Source: Balanoglossus misakiensis (lineage: Eukaryota; Animalia; Hemichordata). From it: DNA of 64,000 nucleotides. The position numbers and the translations under genes are program-made. The notes under the pieces are model-generated. The model did not search any database and had not been told where the DNA came from. It saw only the letters and a program-made list of their open reading frames with translations. Positions 1 through 12,352 of the stretch are shown one piece after another. The stretch covers positions 1,183,124 through 1,247,123 of the forward strand of contig CM082586.2 of assembly GCA_040954595.2 (NCBI GenBank), given 5' to 3'. Positions within the stretch are counted from its first letter, which is position 1, and each line of letters starts with the position of its first letter.

Positions 1-3000
1 GGAAAATCGTCAAAAAAATGCGAATTTTTCGACTTTGCGAATTTTCAAAAATTGGTCGATTTTTGAAAAAACATGGGTTATAGCTCAGGAAAATCGTCAA
101 AAAATGCCGAATTTTTCGACTTTGCGATTTTCAAATTTGGTCGATTTTTGAAAAAACCATGTTATAGCTCAGGAAATCGTCAAAAAATGAGAATTTTTCG
201 ACTTTGCGAATTTTCAAAAATTTGGTCGATTTTTGAAAAAACACATGGGTTATAGCTCAGGAAAATCGTCAAAAAATGCGAATTTTTCGACTTTGCTTGC
301 GAATTTTCAAAATTGGTCCGATTTTTGATAAAACTGTTATACGCTGAAAATCGTCAAAAGAGAGATACACATCTCGTGAGAGTCTTTGCGAATTTTCAAA
401 ATTTGGTCGATTTTTGAAAAAACCATGGGTTATAGCTCAGAAAATCGTCAAAAATGAGAATTTTTCGACTTTGCGAATTTTCAAAATTTGGTCGATTTTT
501 GAAAAACCATGGGTTATAGCTCAGGAAAATCGTCAAAAAATGAGAATTTTTCGACTTTGCGAATTTTCAAAATTTGGTCGATTTTTGAAAAAACCATGGG
601 TTATAGCTCAGGAAAATCGTCAAAAAATGAGAATTTTTCGACTTTGCGAATTTTCAAAATTTGGTCGATTTTTGAAAAAACCATGGGTTATAGCTCAGGA
701 AAATCGTCAAAAAATGAGAATTTTTCGACTTTGCGAATTTTCAAAATTTGGTCGATTTTTGAAAAAACCATGGGTTATAGCTCAGGAAAATCGTCAAAAA
801 ATGCGAATTTTTCGACTTTGCGAATTTTCAAAATTTGGTCGATTTTTGAAAAAACCATGGGTTATAGCTCAGGAAAATCGTCAAAAAATGAGAATTTTTC
901 GACTTTGCGAATTTTCAAAATTTGGTCGATTTTTGAAAAAACCATGGGTTATAGCTCAGGAAAATCGTCAAAAAATGAGAATTTTTCGACTTTGCGAATT
1001 TTCAAAATTTGGTCGATTTTTGAAAAAACCATGGGTTATAGCTCAGGAAAATCGTCAAAAAATGAGAATTTTTCGACTTTGCGAATTTTCAAAATTTGGT
1101 CGATTTTTGAAAAAACCATGGGTTATAGCTCAGGAAAATCGTCAAAAAATGAGAATTTTTCGACTTTGCGAATTTTCAAAATTTGGTCGATTTTTGAAAA
1201 AACCATGGGTTATAGCTCAGGAAAATCGTCAAAAAATGAGAATTTTTCGACTTTGCGAATTTTCAAAATTTGGTCGATTTTTGAAAAAACCATGGGTTAT
1301 AGCTCAGGAAAATCGTCAAAAAATGAGAATTTTTCGACTTTGCGAATTTTCAAAATTTGGTCGATTTTTGAAAAAACCATGGGTTATAGCTCAGGAAAAT
1401 CGTCAAAAAATGAGAATTTTTCGACTTTGCGAATTTTCAAAATTTGGTCGATTTTTGAAAAAACCATGGGTTATAGCTCAGGAAAATCGTCAAAAAATGA
1501 GAATTTTTCGACTTTGCGAATTTTGAAAATTTGGTCGATTTTTGAAAAAACCATGGGTTATAGCTCAGGAAAATCGTCAAAAAATGAGAATTTTTCGACT
1601 TTGCGAATTTTGAAAATTTGGTCGATTTTTGAAAAAACCGTGGGTTATAGCTCAGGAAAATCGTCAAAAAATGAGAATTTTTCGACTTTGCGAATTTTGA
1701 AAATTTGGTCGATTTTTGAAAAAACCGTGGGTTATAGCTCAGGAAAATCGTCAAAAAATGAGAATTTTTCGACTTTGCGAATTTTGAAAATTTGGTCGAT
1801 TTTTGAAAAAACCGTGGGTTATAGCTCAGGAAAATCGTCAAAAAATGAGAATTTTTCGACTTTGCGAATTTTGAAAATTTGGTCGATTTTTGAAAAAACC
1901 GTGGGTTATAGCTCAGGAAAATCGTCAAAAAATGAGAATTTTTCGACTTTGCGAATTTTGAAAATTTGGTCGATTTTTGAAAAAACCATGGGTTATAGCT
2001 CAGGAAAATCGTCAAAAAATGAGAATTTTTCGACTTTGCGAATTTTCAAAATTTGGTCGATTTTTGAAAAAACCATGGGTTATAGCTCAGGAAAATCGTC
2101 AAAAAATGAGAATTTTTCGACTTTGCGAATTTTCAAAATTTGGTCGATTTTTGAAAAAACCATGGGTTATAGCTCAGGAAAATCGTCAAAAAATGAGAAT
2201 TTTTCGACTTTGCGAATTTTGAAAATTTGGTCGATTTTTGAAAAAACCGTGGGTTATAGCTCAGGAAAATCGTCAAAAAATGAGAATTTTTCGACTTTGC
2301 GAATTTTGAAAATTTGGTCGATTTTTGAAAAAACCGTGGGTTATAGCTCAGGAAAATCGTCAAAAAATGAGAATTTTTCGACTTTGCGAATTTTGAAAAT
2401 TTGGTCGATTTTTGAAAAAACCGTGGGTTATAGCTCAGGAAAATCGTCAAAAAATGAGAATTTTTCGACTTTGCGAATTTTGAAAATTTGGTCGATTTTT
2501 GAAAAAACCGTGGGTTATAGCTCAGGAAAATCGTCAAAAAATGAGAATTTTTCGACTTTGCGAATTTTGAAAATTTGGTCGATTTTTGAAAAAACCATGG
2601 GTTATAGCTCAGGAAAATCGTCAAAAAATGAGAATTTTTCGACTTTGCGAATTTTGAAAATTTGGTCGATTTTTGAAAAAACCATGGGTTATATAGCTCA
2701 GGAAAATCGTCAAAAAATGAGAATTTTTCGACTTTGCGAATTTTCAAAATTTGGTCGATTTTTGAAAAAACCATGGGTTATAGCTCAGGAAAATCGTCAA
2801 AAAGTGAGAATTTTTCGACTTTGCGAATTTTCAAAATTTGGTCGATTTTTGAAAAAACCATGGGTTATAGCTCAGGAAAATCGTCAAAAAGTGAGAATTT
2901 TTCGACTTTGCGAATTTTCAAAATTTGGTCGATTTTTGAAAAAAACCATGGGTTATAGCTCAGGAAAATCGTCAAAAAGTGAGAATTTTTCGACTTTGCG

Positions 3001-6000
3001 AATTTTCAAAATTTGGTCGATTTTTGAAAAAACCATGGGTTATAGCTCAGGAAAATCGTCAAAAAATGAGAATTTTTCGACTTTGCGAATTTTCAAAATT
3101 TGGTCGATTTTTGAAAAAACCATGGGTTATAGCTCAGGAAAATCGTCAAAAAATGAGAATTTTTCGACTTTGCGAATTTTCAAAATTTGGTCGATTTTTG
3201 AAAAAACCATGGGTTATAGCTCAGGAAAATCGTCAAAAAATGAGAATTTTTCGACTTTGCGAATTTTCAAAATTTGGTCGATTTTTGAAAAAACCATGGG
3301 TTATAGCTCAGGAAAATCGTCAAAAAGTGAGAATTTTTCGACTTTGCGAATTTTCAAAATTTGGTCGATTTTTGAAAAAACCATGGGTTATAGCTCAGGA
3401 AAATCGTCAAAAAATGAGAATTTTTCGACTTTGCGAATTTTCAAAATTTGGTCGATTTTTGAAAAAACCATGGGTTATAGCTCAGGAAAATCGTCAAAAA
3501 ATGAGAATTTTTCGACTTTGCGAATTTTCAAAATTTGGTCGATTTTTGAAAAAACCATGGGTTATAGCTCAGGAAAATCGTCAAAAAATGAGAATTTTTC
3601 GACTTTGCGAATTTTCAAAATTTGGTCGATTTTTGAAAAAACCATGGGTTATAGCTCAGGAAAATCGTCAAAAAATGAGAATTTTTCGACTTTGCGAATT
3701 TTCAAAATTTGGTCGATTTTTGAAAAAACCATGGGTTATAGCTCAGGAAAATCGTCAAAAAATGAGAATTTTTCGACTTTGCGAATTTTCAAAATTTGGT
3801 CGATTTTTGAAAAAACCATGGGTTATAGCTCAGGAAAATCGTCAAAAAATGAGAATTTTTCGACTTTGCGAATTTTCAAAATTTGGTCGATTTTTGAAAA
3901 AACCATGGGTTATAGCTCAGGAAAATCGTCAAAAATGAGAATTTTTCGACTTTGCGAATTTTCAAAATTTGGTCGATTTTTGAAAAAACCATGGGTTATA
4001 GCTCAGGAAAATCGTCAAAAAATGAGAATTTTTCGACTTTGCGAATTTTCAAAATTTGGTCGATTTTTGAAAAAACCATGGGTTATAGCTCAGGAAAATC
4101 GTCAAAAAATGAGAATTTTTCGACTTTGCGAATTTTCAAAATTTGGTCGATTTTTGAAAAAACCATGGGTTATAGCTCAGGAAAATCGTCAAAAAATGAG
4201 AATTTTTCGACTTTGCGAATTTTCAAAATTTGGTCGATTTTTGAAAAAACCATGGGTTATAGCTCAGGAAAATCGTCAAAAAATGAGAATTTTTCGACTT
4301 TGCGAATTTTCAAAATTTGGTCGATTTTTGAAAAAACCATGGGTTATAGCTCAGGAAAATCGTCAAAAAATGAGAATTTTTCGACTTTGCGAATTTTCAA
4401 AATTTGGTCGATTTTTGAAAAAACCATGGGTTATAGCTCAGGAAAATCGTCAAAAAATGAGAATTTTTCGACTTTGCGAATTTTCAAAATTTGGTCGATT
4501 TTTGAAAAAACCATGGGTTATAGCTCAGGAAAATCGTCAAAAAATGAGAATTTTTCGACTTTGCGAATTTTCAAAATTTGGTCGATTTTTGAAAAAACCA
4601 TGGGTTATAGCTCAGGAAAATCGTCAAAAAATGAGAATTTTTCGACTTTGCGAATTTTCAAAATTTGGTCGATTTTTGAAAAAACCATGGGTTATAGCTC
4701 AGGAAAATCGTCAAAAAATGAGAATTTTTCGACTTTGCGAATTTTCAAAATTTGGTCGATTTTTGAAAAAACCATGGGTTATAGCTCAGGAAAATCGTCA
4801 AAAAATGAGAATTTTTCGACTTTGCGAATTTTCAAAATTTGGTCGATTTTTGAAAAAACCATGGGTTATAGCTCAGGAAAATCGTCAAAAAATGAGAATT
4901 TTTCGACTTTGCGAATTTTCAAAATTTGGTCGATTTTTGAAAAAACCATGGGTTATAGCTCAGGAAAATCGTCAAAAAATGAGAATTTTTCGACTTTGCG
5001 AATTTTCAAAATTTGGTCGATTTTTGAAAAAACCATGGGTTATAGCTCAGGAAAATCGTCAAAAAATGAGAATTTTTCGACTTTGCGAATTTTCAAAATT
5101 TGGTCGATTTTTGAAAAAACCATGGGTTATAGCTCAGGAAAATCGTCAAAAAATGAGAATTTTTCGACTTTGCGAATTTTCAAAATTTGGTCGATTTTTG
5201 AAAAAACCATGGGTTATAGCTCAGGAAAATCGTCAAAAAATGAGAATTTTTCGACTTTGCGAATTTTCAAAATTTGGTCGATTTTTGAAAAAACCATGGG
5301 TTATAGCTCAGGAAAATCGTCAAAAAATGAGAATTTTTCGACTTTGCGAATTTTCAAAATTTGGTCGATTTTTGAAAAAACCATGGGTTATAGCTCAGGA
5401 AAATCGTCAAAAAATGAGAATTTTTCGACTTTGCGAATTTTCAAAATTTGGTCGATTTTTGAAAAAACCATGGGTTATAGCTCAGGAAAATCGTCAAAAA
5501 ATGAGAATTTTTCGACTTTGCGAATTTTCAAAATTTGGTCGATTTTTGAAAAAACCATGGGTTATAGCTCAGGAAAATCGTCAAAAAATGAGAATTTTTC
5601 GACTTTGCGAATTTTCAAAATTTGGTCGATTTTTGAAAAAACCATGGGTTATAGCTCAGGAAAATCGTCAAAAAATGCGAATTTTTCGACTTTGCGAATT
5701 TTCAAAATTTGGTCGATTTTTGAAAAAACCATGGGTTATAGCTCAGGAAAATCGTCAAAAAATGCGAATTTTTCGACTTTGCGAATTTTCAAAATTTGGT
5801 CGATTTTTGAAAAAACCATGGGTTATAGCTCAGGAAAATCGTCAAAAAATGAGAATTTTTCGACTTTGCGAATTTTCAAAATTTGGTCGATTTTTGAAAA
5901 AACCATGGGTTATAGCTCAGGAAAATCGTCAAAAAATGAGAATTTTTCGACTTTGCGAATTTTCAAAATTTGGTCGATTTTTGAAAAAACCATGGGTTAT

Positions 6001-8520
6001 AGCTCAGGAAAATCGTCAAAAAATGAGAATTTTTCGACTTTGCGAATTTTCAAAATTTGGTCGATTTTTGAAAAAACCATGGGTTATAGCTCAGGAAAAT
6101 CGTCAAAAAATGAGAATTTTTCGACTTTGCGAATTTTCAAAATTTGGTCGATTTTTGAAAAAACCATGGGTTATAGCTCAGGAAAATCGTCAAAAAATGA
6201 GAATTTTTCGACTTTGCGAATTTTCAAAATTTGGTCGATTTTTGAAAAAACCATGGGTTATAGCTCAGGAAAATCGTCAAAAAATGAGAATTTTTCGACT
6301 TTGCGAATTTTCAAAATTTGGTCGATTTTTGAAAAAACCATGGGTTATAGCTCAGGAAAATCGTCAAAAAATGAGAATTTTTCGACTTTGCGAATTTTCA
6401 AAATTTGGTCGATTTTTGAAAAAACCATGGGTTATAGCTCAGGAAAATCGTCAAAAAATGAGAATTTTTCGACTTTGCGAATTTTCAAAATTTGGTCGAT
6501 TTTTGAAAAAACCATGGGTTATAGCTCAGGAAAATCGTCAAAAAATGAGAATTTTTCGACTTTGCGAATTTTCAAAATTTGGTCGATTTTTGAAAAAACC
6601 ATGGGTTATAGCTCAGGAAAATCGTCAAAAAATGAGAATTTTTCGACTTTGCGAATTTTCAAAATTTGGTCGATTTTTGAAAAAACCATGGGTTATAGCT
6701 CAGGAAAATCGTCAAAAAATGAGAATTTTTCGACTTTGCGAATTTTCAAAATTTGGTCGATTTTTGAAAAAACCATGGGTTATAGCTCAGGAAAATCGTC
6801 AAAAAATGAGAATTTTTCGACTTTGCGAATTTTCAAAATTTGGTCGATTTTTGAAAAAACCATGGGTTATAGCTCAGGAAAATCGTCAAAAAATGCGAAT
6901 TTTTCGACTTTGCGAATTTTCAAAATTTGGTCGATTTTTGAAAAAACCATGGGTTATAGCTCAGGAAAATCGTCAAAAAATGAGAATTTTTCGACTTTGC
7001 GAATTTTCAAAATTTGGTCGATTTTTGAAAAAACCATGGGTTATAGCTCAGGAAAATCGTCAAAAAATGAGAATTTTTCGACTTTGCGAATTTTCAAAAT
7101 TTGGTCGATTTTTGAAAAAACCATGGGTTATAGCTCAGGAAAATCGTCAAAAAATGAGAATTTTTCGACTTTGCGAATTTTCAAAATTTGGTCGATTTTT
7201 GAAAAAACCATGGGTTATAGCTCAGGAAAATCGTCAAAAAATGAGAATTTTTCGACTTTGCGAATTTTCAAAATTTGGTCGATTTTTGAAAAAACCATGG
7301 GTTATAGCTCAGGAAAATCGTCAAAAAATGAGAATTTTTCGACTTTGCGAATTTTCAAAATTTGGTCGATTTTTGAAAAAACCATGGGTTATAGCTCAGG
7401 AAAATCGTCAAAAAATGAGAATTTTTCGACTTTGCGAATTTTCAAAATTTGGTCGATTTTTGAAAAAACCATGGGTTATAGCTCAGGAAAATCGTCAAAA
7501 AATGAGAATTTTTCGACTTTGCGAATTTTCAAAATTTGGTCGATTTTTGAAAAAACCATGGGTTATAGCTCAGGAAAATCGTCAAAAAATGAGAATTTTT
7601 CGACTTTGCGAATTTTCAAAATTTGGTCGATTTTTGAAAAAACCATGGGTTATAGCTCAGGAAAATCGTCAAAAAATGAGAATTTTTCGACTTTGCGAAT
7701 TTTCAAAATTTGGTCGATTTTTGAAAAAACCATGGGTTATAGCTCAGGAAAATCGTCAAAAAATGAGAATTTTTCGACTTTGCGAATTTTCAAAATTTGG
7801 TCGATTTTTGAAAAAACCATGGGTTATAGCTCAGGAAAATCGTCAAAAAATGAGAATTTTTCGACTTTGCGAATTTTCAAAATTTGGTCGATTTTTGAAA
7901 AAACCGTGGGTTATAGCTCAGGAAAATCGTCAAAAAATGAGAATTTTTCGACTTTGCGAATTTTGAAAATTTGGTCGATTTTTGAAAAAACCGTGGGTTA
8001 TAGCTCAGGAAAATCGTCAAAAAATGAGAATTTTTCGACTTTGCGAATTTTGAAAATTTGGTCGATTTTTGAAAAACCATGGGTTATAGCTCAGGAAAAT
8101 CGTCAAAAAATGAGAATTTTTCGACGTTGCGAATTTTCAAAATTTCGTCGATTTTTGAAAAAACCATGGGTTATAGCTCATGAAAATCATCCCGAAATGA
8201 CAATTTTTCGACTTTGCGAATTTTAGAAATTTCTTAATTTTTTTTTCAAAAAACGAAGAAATCTTGATTCGCAAAGTCATGGGTTATAGCTCATGAAAAC
8301 TGTCAAAAATGAAAGATTCCAGACGTTGCGAATTTTGGTGTTTTCGAGGTTTTTAAACATTTTTCATAGGTTATAGCTCATAAAAACTTGTCCAAAATGA
8401 AAAATTCCCGACTTTTGTGATTATTGGTGTTTTCGAGGTTTTTAAACATTTCTCATGGGTTATAGCTCATGAAAACTGTCAAACTTGAAAAATTCCAGAC
8501 TCTGCGAATGTTGGTGTTTT
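1..8520. repeat. 87-bp tandem satellite array (~95 copies), running off the window start
   Basis: Unit ggaaaatcgtcaaaaaatgagaatttttcgactttgcgaattttcaaaatttggtcgatttttgaaaaaaccatgggttatagctca (87 nt), near-identical from ~500 to ~8100. Noisy copies at 1-500; diverged copies of the same period at ~8180-8520. Confidence 0.98.
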
Positions 8521-8521
8521 C

Positions 8522-8578
8522 GAGAGAGGGGGGAGAGAGAGGGAGGGAGCGAGAGAGAGAGTGTGTGTGAGAGAGAGC
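8522..8578. repeat. (GA)n/(GT)n microsatellite at the satellite border
   Basis: gagagagggggggagagagagggagggagcgagagagagagtgtgtgtgagagagag. Confidence 0.85.
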
Positions 8579-8603
8579 GACGGAGCTCGCACTACGTGGT
8601 TAT

Positions 8604-8618
8604 GGGTCAATGTGACCT
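8604..8618. promoter_or_regulatory. Nuclear-receptor inverted repeat IR3 (ERE-type consensus) upstream of UGT copy 1
   Basis: GGGTCA-atg-TGACCT matches GGTCAnnnTGACC; motif match only. Confidence 0.35.
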
Positions 8619-9157
8619 CAGGGTAAGTGCCCTGTTTTGACATGCTCAATAGGTCGGCGGGTCAGCGTGTTTTTTTTCTTGTCAGCGAATGCAATTGTCA
8701 TAGTGCGTTACATGAACATTGAATTGCAGCATTTTGACCATTGAGTTTAGAACTTATGACTGTTCCTCAACGGTCTGATATAACTTTGTAAAGTGCAGAT
8801 GACTAATTATAGGTAAAGTTACAGACACGCTACTTCTTCGTGGTGGAAACGACTGAGTGTCTGCACTGAGACCCTGATCGGAATTAAAAAGCAGGTGAGT
8901 TCTTCTTGCCATGAAGCAGGAATGAATAGTCAGTCTCTATTTTTTATTCATTTTGGCGAGATTTTGACTCTTATATCCTACAAACGATATGGAAGTTGTC
9001 TGTGGTCGAACGTTGATTCGTTATATATCCACATGTAAAATAACATAAACGGTGTCTTGTATCAAACATAATGAATGGAAAAAGGGCGACAAGAGAGAGA
9101 CTTTGTCCTTTTAATCGGAGTCCTATATTTTCAGATACTGCACAACCTGGGAATACA

Positions 9158-11358
9158 ATGAGTTGCTACAAACAGTTGTGGTTATTTATAATCCTGTTCC
9201 ATGCGGGTATAGACAACTCGTCATCTAGTAACATACTGCTAGTGCCGAGTGCCAGCTACGGCAGTTTATTCCGTTTTATCGCCAAGATGGCCGACAATCT
9301 TGCAGAACGCGGTCACAATATAAGTCTGGCAGTGTCCAGTGAATACCACCAACACGCTGCTGACAAGTTAAAAAGTAGTGGAATTCACATAGAGAGTTTT
9401 CGCAGCTCTTTTGGCTTCATCGACGATGGAGACGATATCACGGACATAGCTTTGGCGGGTAAATTGGACTGGCCGACGCTTCGACATGTTTACCGCATTA
9501 TGGCCAAGATTTGTGATGACCTCTTTGCGGACGTGCAGTTCCTGCAGCGTTTGGGTGACAGTAACTTTGATTTAATTATCGCTTGTGACGTTTCGCCTTG
9601 TAGCGCCCTCCTTGCCAATTACCTGGAACGACCCTTTGTAATGGTAGCAGATAACCGTATTTGGCCAATGTGGGATGCTAACAGATATTCCATTCCGAAT
9701 AATCCTGCTTACATACCGTGTTTCACCTCAGGTTTAACTGACAAAATGAATTTTGTGGAGAGAGTCTACAATTTCGGGTACTGCTTAATGATGTACTACA
9801 CTTGCAACGAGGTGTTTGGTTATTTTGGGGAAGTCAAAGAGAAATATCACATCAGGCCAGATTTGGGAATTAACGATGTATTCAAGGCAGCACAGTTGTT
9901 TATTTTCAACGCCGATTTAACATCAAGCTATCCTCGTCCACTGATGCCAAACGTGATCTTCCTTGGTTCAGGATATGTCGCCGAACCTGCTAAACCATTG
10001 AGTAAGGTAAGTAGCATGTGTTCAAACTTACAAAAACAGTGATGTAAAGACCAGGAAGGGGCGTGGCCCTTAAACTTGTGCAAGGGGAGGGGTTCGATTG
10101 TAATCGGGTTACAATCGAATTTAGCCTCTAAACCTTACAGTCTACAGCGCCCGCATCACATATAACAATATGTCATTTATACTAATAACACCAGACTATT
10201 TTTATCCAAATAGGACTTGGAAACTTTCATTGAATCGTCCGGAGACGACGGCGTTGTGATATTTTCCCTTGGTTCATTTACTTCACTTACGGAAGACCAT
10301 TTCAGAAGATTTGCGGCGGCATTTGAAAAGCTGCCACAGAAGGTAATCGCTAAATACGAGGCTGACAGAGAGCCTGAATATCTGAAGAACAGCTCAAAAT
10401 TCAAACTTCTGAAGTGGATACCACAAAATGATTTACTTGGTAAGATATACAGCACTTAACTAAAGAAGTATATGTATGTATGTATGTATGTATGTTGTTG
10501 TTGTTGTTATTGCTGCTGCTTCAAAGTGACATGTGCCACAAAGGCATATTTGGTGGGTGTCGTGTATGTATTCTGTAAAAATCAAATCAACTAACCTACC
10601 TTATGCGTATTTTCTTTCCTTTGTCAAGGTCACCCGAAAACAAAGGCATTTATCTCCCACTGCGGTGTCAATAGCATTCACGAAACCATCTACTTTGCAA
10701 TACCTGTCGTTGCCATACCATTGTTTTTAGACCAGAAAGATAACGCGAACTTTCTCGCTGACAAGGGACTTGCAGTTACATTGGATGTTGGCACAATGAC
10801 GTCAGAGGACTTGTACCAAGCCATTGTGACAGTTATTTCGGATCCAACGTTAGTAGTAGTTTATCAGCTTTTTTATCGTCGAAATTTCACTGCCCAGGTG
10901 TTTAACAATAAAGAAATAGCGGACACAAGTAGAAAAAGCTCATCCGAATAGAATAGCCTTCGCATTAGTTTAGAAATCCAAATACTCTAAATATGAAGCT
11001 ATGAATTTATCCGGATTATCGATTTATGGAAAATTTTATTATGTCCCCTGTGTAACATTATCGTAATTGCTCATACTTTTCTTGCAGCTACAAGGAGAAT
11101 GCTGAACGTCTGTCTCGTATTCAAAGAGACACACCCCTGTCGCCTAAAGAAACTTCCATCTTCTGGGTTGAATACATCATTCGTCATGGCGGAGAACATC
11201 TGAAGTCGCAGGCAGCTAACTTGAATTTCTTCCAATACCATTCTATCGATGTTATTGCTTTTTTGTTGATAGTTCTTGGATTGTTAACGTTGGCTGTTGT
11301 CAAACTGTGTTCTCTGTGCTGTCGGGGCTTTCGCAAGGAGAAGTTAAAAAGGCAGTAG
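9158..11358 (+). CDS. UDP-glycosyltransferase (UGT1/2-like, GT1), copy 1; exons 9158-10006, 10214-10439, 10629-10848, 11088-11358
   Basis: Signal peptide; PxNPAYIP and PRPLMPN motifs; UGT signature [21 protein letters not shown]...PLFLDQ; C-terminal TM and KxKxx ER signal (KLKRQ); GT-AG introns in consistent phase. Confidence 0.95.
10470..10520. repeat. (TATG)n(TTG)n compound microsatellite in UGT copy 1 intron 2
   Basis: tatgtatgtatgtatgtatgtatgttgttgttgttg. Confidence 0.8.
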
Positions 11359-12352
11359 TCACAACAATGGCGTTTTTAAGATTCACACGTCTGTTGATTA
11401 TGAATATCGTTGGTTGATTAATTACTAATTTTGGACCATGATGTGTATTTTGTATTTTGTATTAATTTCGGTGGAAATCTCAAGGCTCTACAGATAGACG
11501 CACTATAGGTTGCGTACTTGCCGTTGCTCTAACACACTTTGATGCGCACCAATGTTCTGTTAAATATTTCTCAGTCAAATATTAAATAAGACATATAACG
11601 AAACGTGTTGTAGACTTGAATAATTGTAAACATGCAGAGTGCGTTCAACAGCCTGATGCGACCTGAGTTCAATCGCCGACTGGTGAACCAATTGGGTCAA
11701 CTTAACACAGTGACAAAAGTCTGATATAGATATTCCCAATGACCTTGAAGAGTGACCTGCGACATCAGTATACTGTTTGTCTTGGGTACGTGATTGTCTG
11801 CTAGGGCATTCAGTGGGTGGAGTCGGTACTGAGCAAATCCTGGGCAGATAAACACCTCTCCTGGTGAGTGACTACTGGTTTCATTCGTATAGTATGTAGG
11901 AGTTTTACTTAATTAATTTTCCAAAAGTTGCAGCTCATAGAGCTTTTACTGTACCAAACAATTGTTATCATTCACTCTAAGTAAATACTACAAATTCTCA
12001 CGTAGAACGTTATTGCATGTAGTGACAGTTAAGTGTGTCAGTAAAAAAACATTGGTCTTGAGAATACAAAGCACCGCCTGTTTCGGCTTCTTATTTGCTG
12101 TGGAAACGCAGCTGTTCCACCGAGGGGAGTATATGCTAATTCGCTCATATCCCCCCCCCCCCCCTGATGGAACAGCTAGTTTCCACAGGTCTGTTCTTAT
12201 GTGCCTGTATGGATGTACCGAAATGCTATTAGAATTGCTTTGAATCTGCAATACACAGAAAATTATTAGAAGTGACAGATACATAACATATAACACTCGT
12301 TCTTCTGTTTATCATTTAGGCTAATTCATAATAAGTTCCAATTCAATGCGAG

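Noticed and set aside
1-500. Divergent monomers and an apparent insert at ~300-390
   Set aside because: Scattered homopolymer indels at the window edge look like low-coverage consensus error.
414-8226. Very long ORFs (up to 2485 aa) in the satellite
   Set aside because: The unit is 87 nt (29 codons) with two stop-free frames, and the ORFs switch frame at indels. This is a repeat artefact, not a gene.
1-8520. CRISPR-like or telomeric array
   Set aside because: There are no unique spacers or cas genes, and only one GGGTTA hexamer per unit.
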